A stretch of DNA of 64,000 nt from Nemertoderma westbladi (lineage: Eukaryota > Animalia > Xenacoelomorpha). Below are positions 26,692-36,922 of this stretch, in pieces. Below the pieces are notes generated by a model, which did not search any database, was not told the origin of the DNA, and worked only from the letters and a program-made list of their open reading frames with translations. The translations under genes were made by a program, and so were the position numbers. The DNA lies in the NCBI GenBank assembly GCA_032718475.1, contig JAUCBJ010003007.1, positions 30,127 to 94,126 of the forward strand, in the 5' to 3' direction. The number at the start of each line of letters is the position of its first letter. Position 1 is the first letter of the stretch.

Positions 26692-27838
26692 GGGGGGGGG
26701 GGGGGGGGGGTAGCGCATTTTCTGACCAAAAAGACGAATTTTTGAAACATATCCTATCTGATGCAGAATTTCATGCTGAATCCAAATATGGAAACCGTTT
26801 TCCCATATCTTGCTTAGTTTTCGAGATATCATGGATAGAAGATTCTGGCTCCGATATATCCCAATATCGGTAAAGGCGATGAAGTTTGGGTTTGCATTCA
26901 ATTTCTGCAAATTTCTGTGCTCAGTGGCGCCAATTAGATGTCTCCACGTGAAAGAGCACAAAATTTTAGTTGAGAAGGTATTTTTTTATGATTATTGGAC
27001 CTACTTGTCAGTTTATAAGACAACTTCAAGTCTCCGGAATGAAGATGGGACTCGAATAAGCGACTCGCGGTCTTTGCGGGATTACATGGAATAGACTTAT
27101 CGTCATCGGAGATCTTCAAAATGTATAATCTCCAGTTCTAGTGGTCGTACGAAGTTCGTTTTAGGCTCATTCGAAAGCTCTTTTCTTAGAGAACAAAGTT
27201 ACCATTTGATTTAAGATAAAATGGTTGTGAAGCAACATAACATGAATTTGGGTAAAATATGCCTTGCAAATTTTGTTCAAGTTATGATTGCTCAGGCAGC
27301 TTTCAAGAGTTCGCCAAACCAAATGGTAACTTTGGTCTCTGAGAAAAGAGCTTTCGAATGAGCCCAAAACGAACTCCATACGACCACTAGAACTGGAGAT
27401 TATACATTTTGAAGATCTCCGATGACCGATAAGTCTATTCCGTGTAATCCCGCAAAGACCGCAGAGTTGCTTATTCGAGTCCCATCTTCATTCCGGAGAC
27501 TTGAAATTGTCTTATAAACTGATCAGTAGGTCAAATAATCATAAAAAAAGACATACTCAATTGAAATTTTATGCTCTTTCTCGTGGAGACATCCAATTAG
27601 CACCACTGAGCACAGAAATTTGCAGAAATTGAATGCAAACCCCAAACTTCATCTCCTTTACCGATATCGCGATGTATCGGAGCCAGTATCTTCTATCCCA
27701 GATATCTCGAAAACTAAGCAACATATGGGAAAACGGTTTCCATATTTGGATTCAGCATGAAATTCTGCATCAAATAGGATATGTTTAAAAAATTCGACTT
27801 TTTGGACAGAAAATGCGCTACCCCCCCCCCCCCCCCCC
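26692..27838. mobile_element. Non-autonomous foldback DNA transposon with TTAA TSD (Kolobok-like termini)
   Basis: TTAA at 26688-26691 and 27839-27842. Starts with a poly-G run then TAGCGCATTTTCTG; ends CAGAAAATGCGCTA then poly-C. Inverted arms of about 515 bp surround a loop of about 110 bp. Purine-purine 5' termini with a TTAA TSD fit Kolobok rather than piggyBac (CCC). Confidence 0.85.
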
Positions 27839-27905
27839 TTAATGTTTTAAATAAAATTAATTAAAGAGTGAAACTTTATTTTATTGTTATTTACTATTGC
27901 TATAG

Positions 27906-28050
27906 ATACGCCATCATCACGAAAGAAACATGGCCGGCGTGGAAAGGCGATCCGAAATCCGGAGTCCGTCATTTGATGTCGGCGGTGAAAATGGACAATG
28001 ACCAATGGCAGTGCGGAACGACTAAACTCTTCATCAAAGCGCCGGAAAGC
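27906..28050 (+). CDS. MYO1E: Myosin IE/IF exon (end of motor/converter: YAIITKETW...FIKAPES)
   Basis: tatag|ATAC ... AAAGC|gtaagt; 145 nt. Confidence 0.93.
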
Positions 28051-28295
28051 GTAAGTTGTGGGAGAGAGGGAGCCGCTGGAAAGCGTAAGTCATAGGAGAG
28101 AGGGAGCCGCTGGAAAGCGTAGGGAGCCGCTGGAAAGCGTAAGTCATAGGAGAGAGGGAGCCGCTGGAAAGCGTAAGTCGTAGGAGAGAGGGAGCCGCTG
28201 GAAAGCGTAAGTCATAGGAGAGAGGGAGCCGCTGGAAAGCGTAAGTCGTAGGAGAGAGGGAGCCGCTGGAAAGTGTAAGTCGTAGGAGAGAGGGA
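28041..28295 (+). repeat. 34-bp minisatellite that copies the exon-intron junction
   Basis: About 7 units of GAGCCGCTGGAAAGCGTAAGTCATAGGAGAGAGG, most containing GGAAAGC|GTAAGT. Confidence 0.95.
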
Positions 28296-28423
28296 CCCTC
28301 TGTAGCATTGGGAAGATAAACTGAAACTGTTTTACTATTTTATACAGTATGTATATAATTTCCCTAACACACAGTAAGATCTAATTCAGGCAACGATTAA
28401 TCTGAAGTATTTTATTATTGTAG

Positions 28424-28590
28424 TTGTTTCTTCTGGAGGAGATGCGTGAACGTAAATTCGACCATTACGCGCGTATTATACAGAAAGCCTTCCGTCGGTT
28501 CAACGCTGATAAATACTATATGAGATTACGGGAAGCCGCTGCCGATATACTGTGTGGGAAGAAAGAGAGACGCCGGTACAGTCTCAATAG
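28424..28590 (+). CDS. MYO1E: Myosin IE/IF exon ([13 protein letters not shown] motif, start of TH1)
   Basis: tgtag|TTGTTT ... AATAG|gtaaat; 167 nt; [13 protein letters not shown] motif. Confidence 0.95.
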
Positions 28591-29099
28591 GTAAATCTTG
28601 CAATATTGATTGGTTGAAGGTTGAATGAGTAATGTAATCTCTTATATTGTTATTGATTGGTTGAAGGTTGAAACGAATTCCAATGATGTTGGGTTCCGGC
28701 TTGTGAATTGAAGAGCACTTTCCTTTGAGAAATCTCTCAACCTTTAAGAAGTTTTAGTGTAAATTGGATTATAATGCATAAGTGAAAGGAGTAAGCCAAA
28801 CCCGCGGGTTTGTCTCCCCAATCACTTCCTTTGCCTCTTTCAATAAACTTTAGAGCAAATAAAGTCATATACACAAAATCAAATATAGTATAAAGTATTT
28901 ACTATTTCCAACGGACTATAAAGTAAAAGTATTTCTTTTCAATATTTTTCGGCCTTCGGAAATAAAATTCTAAAAATATGGATATGACCAGTGTATAGGA
29001 GTCCAGTCGAATGATTGATCAAAACCTATGATATACATCAGAGCGACGATGATGTATATGTCTAGATTCTGTCGCTCCGTGATATTATAGTCTCATCGG

Positions 29100-30300
29100 C
29101 TAGCTCCTGGGTCTCTCGGGCTCGCTCCCCTCTCCAGATACACCAGTCCACCCCCTGTAGACTCTGTTGATGGCGTCCTTGAGGCATCACTTCCCGGAAC
29201 CGGCGACGACGTTCCCTGGGCACCGACTATCTCCCGACTGGTGCTCCTCCCTCGGCCTCGTCCCATTTGCCGTGTCCCTGTGGGCGCCTCCGCCAACTCC
29301 TCTTTCTTCAACTGTAGAATGGAACTGCTCGTCCTTGGCATGAGCTTGCCAAGGACTCCTCCTTCTGGTACTTGCCGCGAGCTGTGAGCTCTGGCTGTTG
29401 TCGCTGTGGGCGCGGCGGTCCTGATCCTCCACTCGTTCAGAGGTCAATGACCCCAAACGAGTCTCCTTAGGCCGCCAATTGTGCGCTGGGTAATAAATCT
29501 AGACGTATATATCAGAGCGACGATGATATATAAAGGATTGGACATATTCGGGCTTAATATTGCGTGCGTCGAAACTTCCCGAAATAATTTGGAGTAAATA
29601 TCGTATAAATCGCGGATCGTGGGTATGGTTAATCTCGTCTGGATACTCAGGCATGAGCTTCCTCTCCTGGTGAAGCGAAGTGAACGTGGTCCAGGAACTC
29701 GAGTCCCGTGCTGCTTCGCGCCGCGCCTCTAGGTCCTTATAGGCTCGGTATAGTGAAATGGCCGCCGCCGTGTCTATGCCGTGTCGAACAGGGTTTAATC
29801 TCCGTATACGGATCTAAAGTCGTAACGGTCGGCGTAATGGGTCTCGAAGGTCGCTTTCCGCTAAAGTCGATACTAATCATCGGGTTGCTCATTGGGTAAC
29901 CTCCCTCGTTGTATCTAAGGAACTGGTGAGCTTGACGTCGCGTTAATATCGGTTCAGGATGCTGCTCGTCCAGTCGATTGGGAATCGCTACATCTTGTTT
30001 ATTCATGCATTCACCACATTTGTAGAACAACTTGTATACGCTGAAAACCTTTGGCGTCTCTTGATCCTCGCCTCGAGTCCTCCGGTACAGATGAATCCCG
30101 TCGAATTCATCTCGGACGGCAGGTAGCGGTTCATCGTGCCGCAAATACATATATCCCAATAGTTCGTTACGCAAACCAATTACACTGTGGGTAAATCAGT
30201 TAGATGGTGCGGAGGGACAAACTTCCCGAGCTACCCAGCCGCCTTCCAGCAGTTCAGGTTCGGCTCTCTAGATCCCGTCTCATTCCTAACTATCTTCTAA
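29100..30300 (-). pseudogene. Degraded or spliced ORF of unknown function downstream of the BEL integrase
   Basis: GC-richer, coding-like tract. The 145-aa ORF (29737-30174) continues after a frameshift near 29760 (ISLYRAYKDLEARREAARD...), followed by Arg/Ser-rich frames to about 29100. Confidence 0.4.
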
Positions 30301-30880
30301 CCTATTCCCATGCATAGCGCAAAAACTTCGGAGATAAACTGGCCGTGACCGACTCACTTTTTGATGCCCAAACTACTCCCATTACTTGTACTAGACTACA
30401 GTAGTTAGAAATGACAATAGCTATGGCGTTCGACTATACCAAACCCACAGGTTTGATAATCGAACACCTCACTCCACTGCAAACTACTGAGTGGGGTCTG
30501 TGTACATCTCTGGTGCTACTAACATTTAGCACCTTGGTTGTTGTACTGTTGGCACCAATCTGTGGAAGTTACTGAACTCAATTTACACTCCTACATAATA
30601 TAGCTGTCACCATGGTTTCTAAATGCTATTTTCCAGGCTTCACGACTTTTCAAATTACTGTATCTATAGACGAATTCTAAAACGCGTCTATACACAGCGT
30701 TTGGAATTGTCTTGGGTTCACTTCTAATTTTTTAAAATTTTTTAATAACATTTTTGAAAATAAAATTTTGTTTTGATACCCACCAGACAAATTCTCCACG
30801 CAAATCACCACAATCCCGCTCCTATGCATTTCCTAGTATTTGCATACGAGGAATGCATACGAAGTGAGTTGCGTCCAACA

Positions 30881-31470
30881 CTAATTTTTGTTTGAGGCAG
30901 GAGACAAATTATAATCTCCTGTCTCGATGCGTGTCTCCTCTAATAACACGATATCTTGGACCGGTCGGTCCAAGGTGTGTAAACCATTAGTTTTACACTT
31001 CTTTGGGTGAGGACACTTGCACCTTATTTTCACAGTGACGGTGCACACTATATTTTGCACGTCTGGGTGTATGTGCAAGATGACTCCTGTCTCCCAATAT
31101 TTTCTCTTGACAATCGGTTCGGTTATCAATACGTAGTCTCCTCTTTGGATGCTCCGAACCGTTTTGTACCACTTTGATCTGGTGGATATGGTGGGAAGAT
31201 AATATTCCCGCCAATATTCCCAGAATGTGTACACGACAAATTGTGTTATTTTCCAGCTTTTACGACTGTATAGGTCGGCACTAATGGGTTCTGATGCCGG
31301 CACAAGAAACGCTGGACTCTGCATTAGCAAATGATTCGGCGTTAATGCAACACCGTCTGGCAACATAGCTATCGGCCTCGAGTTTAGTGTATGCTCGATT
31401 TCGATGAAAGCTGTGACCAGTTCGTCGTTGGTAAGTTGTTTGTTTACAGGCAATGTCTTAGCAATAGCCT
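30881..31470 (-). CDS. BEL/Pao integrase C-terminal part (3' of the RTE insertion)
   Basis: EIEHTLNSRPI, LTPNHLL and FWEYWREYYLPTISTRSKW motifs. Joins in frame (..RSIK|QAIAK..) to 34959-36291 once the RTE and one TSD copy are removed. Confidence 0.88.
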
Positions 31471-31479
31471 GTTTTATGG

Positions 31480-34400
31480 CTGTCAGCCCAGTAGGGCAGG
31501 CCCGATAAGCATAGCCTATTCATTATTTAGTTTATCAAGAGTGGGTTGGTTCAGCCCCGTCAACTAAATAAGTCATTGAGGGCTATAGCGCCTAGGGCAC
31601 CATTGAAGGCAAAGGCTTGATACGCATCTGCATTAGAGATGATACAAGCCCCGCCCTGTCTATACTGGATGCTCCTCTACCAGTGTTAGGTAACCTAACC
31701 CAGGAGGCACACTTGGTTCAGGGTGTAACAAATGGACCCCTACAGTCGGCAGCAGGGCTGTAGGCCATGGATAGGCGGAAGGTAATCAACCAACGGCTAG
31801 ACATGCTGACAAGGTCGGCGGAAGGTAATCAACCAACGGCGACCTACTGCGAAGACGCTTGTAGGAGTTGCGACCACAAGCGGTTTACCCCCGCAACTGA
31901 AAGATATGAGTATGAGAACCCTCCAGGAGAAATACCGGCTAGGTCGTCGCCCGGGTCAACAAGGACCGCGTCCCTCAGTGGTACACCAGGCTGGGGTCGA
32001 TAAATTGGCTACTGGAACAGAAGACAGAGAAGAAAGAAGAACCAACCTGTTGAAATGTAAAAAGACACTAAAGATTGCTACAATGAACGCACGCACGCTG
32101 AAAGCACATACCAAACAGGGTGACATGGTCGCTCTGGCAATGGAATATAACATCGACATCATCTGCATCCAAGAACATCGGATTTGTCATGAAGACACTG
32201 CCATGAAGTACAATGACATTGGAAATGGATGGACGTTAGTAACAAGCTCAGCAGTAAGAAACTCGGCCAATGCATCAATGGGTGGAGTAGGAATTCTGCT
32301 AAGCCCATTTGCACTTAACACCCTAAACAACATCGAATCTATAAATTCCAGGGTTATGATCGCAACATTTGATGGGAATCCCAAGACAACAGTTATATGT
32401 TGCTACAGTCCAACCAATGCATCAGAACCAGAACAAGCAGTCAAGTTTTATGAAGAACTGACTGGACTTATTAAGGACATCCCGAAACACAATGTTAAAG
32501 CCATTGCTGGTGACCTAAATGCGCAAATTGGCCCAGAAGACATCAAGGGTTACACCTATAACACCAGTTCTAACAGAAATGGGTACTTACTCTTAGACCT
32601 AATGGAAGAATGTGAATTGATACCAACAAACAACACATTCGAAAAGAGTAAGGGGAAGCTATGGACCTTTCAATACCCTAATGGAACCCAAGCACAACTG
32701 GATTACATCCTTATAAACATAAAGTGGAGAAATAGCATGATCAACTGCGAGGCATACAGCTCGTTCAACCTAATTGGTTCGGACCACAGAATTGTGACTG
32801 CAGAGATCAGACTCAGTTTGAGAGCCAGCAAACCCAGGACAAGAAAGCAAATCAAGTATGACTGGGAGAAACTCAGAACTGACAATGCTGTAAAGGATGC
32901 TTATACAGTAGAAGTTCAAAACCGCTTTGAAGCACTTCAGTCAATGGATGAAGACCAATCCACCGATTCAATATACCAGAATATAATAACAGCCCACAAG
33001 GAATCAGCTAAGAGGCATATCCCCCAGAAACCTAAACGAAAACAGTATGTGCCATGGCAAAACTCTTAGGTTACTTGTAAGAGAGAAGATCTTAAGATAG
33101 CCTACAAAGTTAAAACCGAACAACCAACAACCGAAAACATTAACAAGGTTGAGAAAGCTAAGGACGATCTTAAATTGGCCTACAACATCAGCCAGGAAAA
33201 GTACATACAGGATAAAACTGAAGCAATTACAACTGCTCACATACAGCAACAATCAAGACTTACCTGGCAAACTGTAAATGAGGTATCTGGTCGGAAAAGT
33301 TGTGCAAAGGGGCGCCTCAAAGCCGATAGTCCTGAAGAACGTGTTGGGAAGTGGAAAAATCACTTCAGCAACTTGCTTGGGCAGCCACCAAACATCGAGG
33401 TCAGCCCTACAAGGAAAATATATGACAAGACACTACCTATAGAAACAGGGGACTTTACACCTGCCGAACTCCAAAGAAGCATTAAAAGCATGTCCAATAA
33501 TAAAGCGAGTGGATTAGATGAAATCCCAGCGGAGGTATGGAAAACCGGAGTGCTAAATAGACCATTATTGAATGTTTGCAACCGGATGTTAAAAGGGGAA
33601 AAGCCACCACCAATTTGGACTAAAGGTCAACTAAAGCCTCTCCCCAAGAAAGGAGACCTCGGCATACCAACAAACTATCGTGGGATCTGTCTGCTTGTGG
33701 TAGCTGCCAAAATATACAATAAAATGATTCTATATAGGATTAGGCCTCACATAGAGAAACTACTGCGTAAGAGCCAAAACGGTTTTCGACCAAGTAGATC
33801 AACAATAGCTCAGATACTTGCACTACAGAGACTGATTGAAGGAATTAAGTCAAAGAATCTCCCCGCAGTCATGACTTTTGTGGACTTCAAGAAGGCATTC
33901 GACTCCATCCATAGAGGTAAAATGCTTGAAATCCTAAGAGCTTATGGAATACCAGAAGTAATTGTTGCTGGCATTGGATTGCTATATTGTGACACAGAAG
34001 CGCAGGTACTCTCACCAGATGGTGAAACTGAGTTTTTCTCAATCCTGGCTGGCGTACTGCAAGGTGACACATTAGCACCATTACTATTTGTAATTGTGCT
34101 GGATTACGCAATGAAGACGGCCACAAAGGGTGAAGATCTGGCATTCACACTTCAAGAACGCAGAAGTAGTAGATATCCGGCAACTACAGTCACAGACACC
34201 GACTTTGCGGATGACATCGCCCTGCTCTCTAATACGCTAGCAGATGCACAGCTTCTACTAAATAAAGTGGAGAGGGCTGCTAAGGAGGTTGGATTGCATA
34301 TAAATGCTACCAAGACCGAATTCATGACCTTTAATGTTGATGGAAACTTGACAACCATTGATAATAATCAACTAAGGCAGGTCGATGACTTCCAGTACCT

Positions 34401-34958
34401 TGGATCATGGATAGAGAGTAGCAAAAAGGACATAGAAGTTAGGAAAGCAAAGGCTTGGGTAGCTCTATCAAAAATGGATACCATCTGGAAATCAGATCTC
34501 TCCAGGCACCTGAAGACCAAGTTCTTTCGAGCCACAGTGGAAAGTGTATTTTTATACGGGGGTGAGACCTGGACACTGACTAAATCACTTGAACAACGAA
34601 TTGATGGTTGCTACACAAGACTACTAAGGGCAGCCCTAAACATCAGCTGGAGACAACACATGACAAACGCCGAGCTTTATGGTACAATACCACCTGTATC
34701 AACCACCCTCCGTGAACGCAGATTACGATTCAGTGGGCACTGCTGGCGAAGTAAAGACGAGGTCATACCAGATCTACTTCTCTGGCAACCAACTCATGGA
34801 AAGCGTAGTCGTGGACGACCTGCCATAACATATATAGATCAACTTGAAAGGGATACTGAACTTGGGAGAAACGAAATTGCGACAACTATGGAGAATCGGG
34901 AAGCCTGGAAGGATCTCATTTCCACTGTCCGAGTTCGCTCGACCTAGTAGTAGTAGTA
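31480..34958 (+). mobile_element. Full-length RTE-clade non-LTR retrotransposon
   Basis: 9-bp TSD GTTTTATGG (31471-31479 and 34959-34967), about 430-nt 5' UTR, APE-RT ORF and (TAG)n tail. Confidence 0.93.
31906..34947 (+). pseudogene. APE endonuclease-reverse transcriptase ORF with one in-frame stop (TAG at 33067-33069)
   Basis: EN motifs IQE, YSPT, GDLNA, LDYIL and SDH; RT motifs QNGFR, DFKKAFDS, QGDTLAP and FADD; RTE-type C-terminus RLRFSGHC..RGRP. Both ORF halves are in the same frame. Confidence 0.92.
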
Positions 34959-36291
34959 GTTTTATGGAACGAACCAAACGCTCCCAACTTCCTCCTCTCC
35001 AAGGACTTTCTGGAGTATTAAATCTCCACTCTACTCTTTGCGGCAAAAGTGCTGCAGAAATTTCTCTATTTTGCGTTGCCCTATGAGCCGCGTTTAACTC
35101 GCTATTCCCTCCGACAAAGTTTGTACCCTTGTCAGAGTAAAACGCCTTTACTAGTCCTCTCCTAGCCATAAATCTCTTTAAGGCCAGGAGCAGAGATTTG
35201 GTCGACATGTCTGCCACACGCTCGATATGTATGGCTCTACTGGTCATGCATGTCAGTAGCAGGCCCCATCGCTTGTGGGTCAGCCGTCCACTATTTTCCT
35301 CAATCGGACCAAAACAATCCACCCCTGTATTTGTAAAAGGTGGGTCATATGCCTGCACTCTCGCTTCCGGGAGTTCAGCCATCTCCTGTTCCAATACTCT
35401 GGCGTTCACCCTCTTGCAAACCAGACAGGCGTCGTACATAGTACCTACTGCCCTGCTTGGCTGCAATAGAATGAATCGCTGTCTCGCTGTCGACAAACAG
35501 TGTAACTTTCCCGCGTGATGCAACCTCTTATGTATATCCCATAGAATCGCTCTTTGCAATTCTATTGGGTGACTAGGGATTATCACTGGGAACCGAAACT
35601 GTGAGTTTATGTCGACAGTCTGGATTCTCGATTTATGACAAATCAAACCCTTATGGATTAATGGACTCCATTTTCTAAGGGGTTTATAGAGAACTGGTCG
35701 TTGAGCCGATAATAGATAGAATTCTTTTGGGAAGGCGCACATTTGATTATGCTTCAAATGCTTTAATTCCGCTTGATCAATCTCATTCTCTGTCAGAGGT
35801 TGTTTCAATTTCTGAATTCGCTCACTATTAGCGCTCATTTGTTCTCCTAAATGTTTCAAATGTTTTATACAAAGGTACGAAATGTATCGGCTTAACCACG
35901 CAGTTCTTTTACAAATTGTCAGCCAAGAGGCAGACGAATTTAGTAATTTGTCATAAACACTGCATGACTCTAATGCCAGCGACGGTTGCCCGCTAACTAA
36001 TGGAAGTTTCGAATCCAAACCCGCAGGTTTGGAAACCAAAGGCTCCATTGTGTCGGTCATTTTCTGTCCGTCACTTACCAACTGTGACCCTCGTCTAGTC
36101 TGTAAGGGTGGTTTTACGTCATAACTTACCCTTCCGGACCTAGTCGTCACGTAAGTCTGTTGGTCTGACAGGTCTCCGGGCCGCTCCAACAACTCTTCAG
36201 GCCGCTCCAATGACTTGAGTTTGGCTTTCGACTTTGACTTGGAGACTTTCTCCACTTTGACTTCTGCATCCTCTGGCATTGGATTGGTCAT
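34959..36291 (-). CDS. BEL/Pao integrase N-terminal part with about 110 aa of unrelated leader
   Basis: SWLTICKRTAW connection region, HHCC zinc finger (IHKRLHHAG...CLVC) and DDE motifs VDCFGP, SDKGTNF and GGSWERLVRSIK. Confidence 0.9.
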
Positions 36292-36804
36292 TATAGGGAG
36301 CTCACTAGATGCTCGGCTCGGCGAGAATTATCATTTCTTCTCAAGGCTTCCCATTTTGTACACTATTATTGGTTTGCTACTTATAGCCATTTTATTAGCG
36401 AATAGAGTTTTCAAGGTAATTTTCGCTAATTTACTATGCCCGATCAGTACCACCCCTGTTTGGACACAGAAATAACCATTTGTTCCAATGGAGTGAAAGC
36501 CCCACCAAATTTATTTTACGTTAGATGACTGGTTTTCATGACTTTTTAATAAGTAAAATTATGATATAATTACGAACACTCTTGGTCGAAAATTCCAAAA
36601 CTTTTGAGCCCGCTTTCATCCTTACGGATCCAAAGATCTTTGATACTCTACTCGAATCTTTCAGTTTATATTTATTGTTTATTATAATATTTATTTATTA
36701 TTTTGATATTAAAATTATTGAGATTAAATATTAATGGGTCTGTTATGTTCTAATGTTCGGGTGAAAATGTTGTATAATTTCGGTGGATTTTCTCTAATTC
36801 GTAG

Positions 36805-36922
36805 GAATTTTGCTGGCGACTATATTGGTTATGAAGACAATCCGAGTTTGAAAGCTTTAGTTGGTCGACGGGAAAGGGTGGAGTTTGCCGATACCGTCAA
36901 CAAATACGATCGCAGATTCAAG
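36805..36922 (+). CDS. MYO1E: Myosin IE/IF exon (TH1: NFAGDYIG...KYDRRFK)
   Basis: cgtag|GAAT ... TTCAAG|gtaaga; 118 nt. Confidence 0.95.

Larger units (their letters stand above)
28687..36470 (-). mobile_element. BEL/Pao-derived element (integrase-only ORF plus about 2.2 kb of downstream sequence), boundaries uncertain, interrupted by an RTE
   Basis: BEL-type integrase ORF. Candidate LTR-like edges are TGTTGGACGC (minus, 30880), GTGTCCAAACA (minus, ending 36457) and TGTTGGG (plus, 28687). No LTR pair or TSD found. Confidence 0.55.

Noticed and set aside
26643-27379. Short ORFs in the foldback element
   Set aside because: They lie within palindromic non-coding arms and have no transposase motifs.
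29030-29090. Hammerhead ribozyme at the hairpin pair
   Set aside because: The CUGAUGA and GAAA core is not present on either strand.
34774-34958. C-terminal tail of the 505-aa ORF (LLLLLGRANS...)
   Set aside because: Read-through into the antisense RTE 3' end. The true continuation is at 31470.
36436-36456. TGGTACTGATCGGG (minus) as the BEL primer-binding site
   Set aside because: The position is plausible, but I cannot match it to a tRNA 3' end and no LTR pair confirms it.
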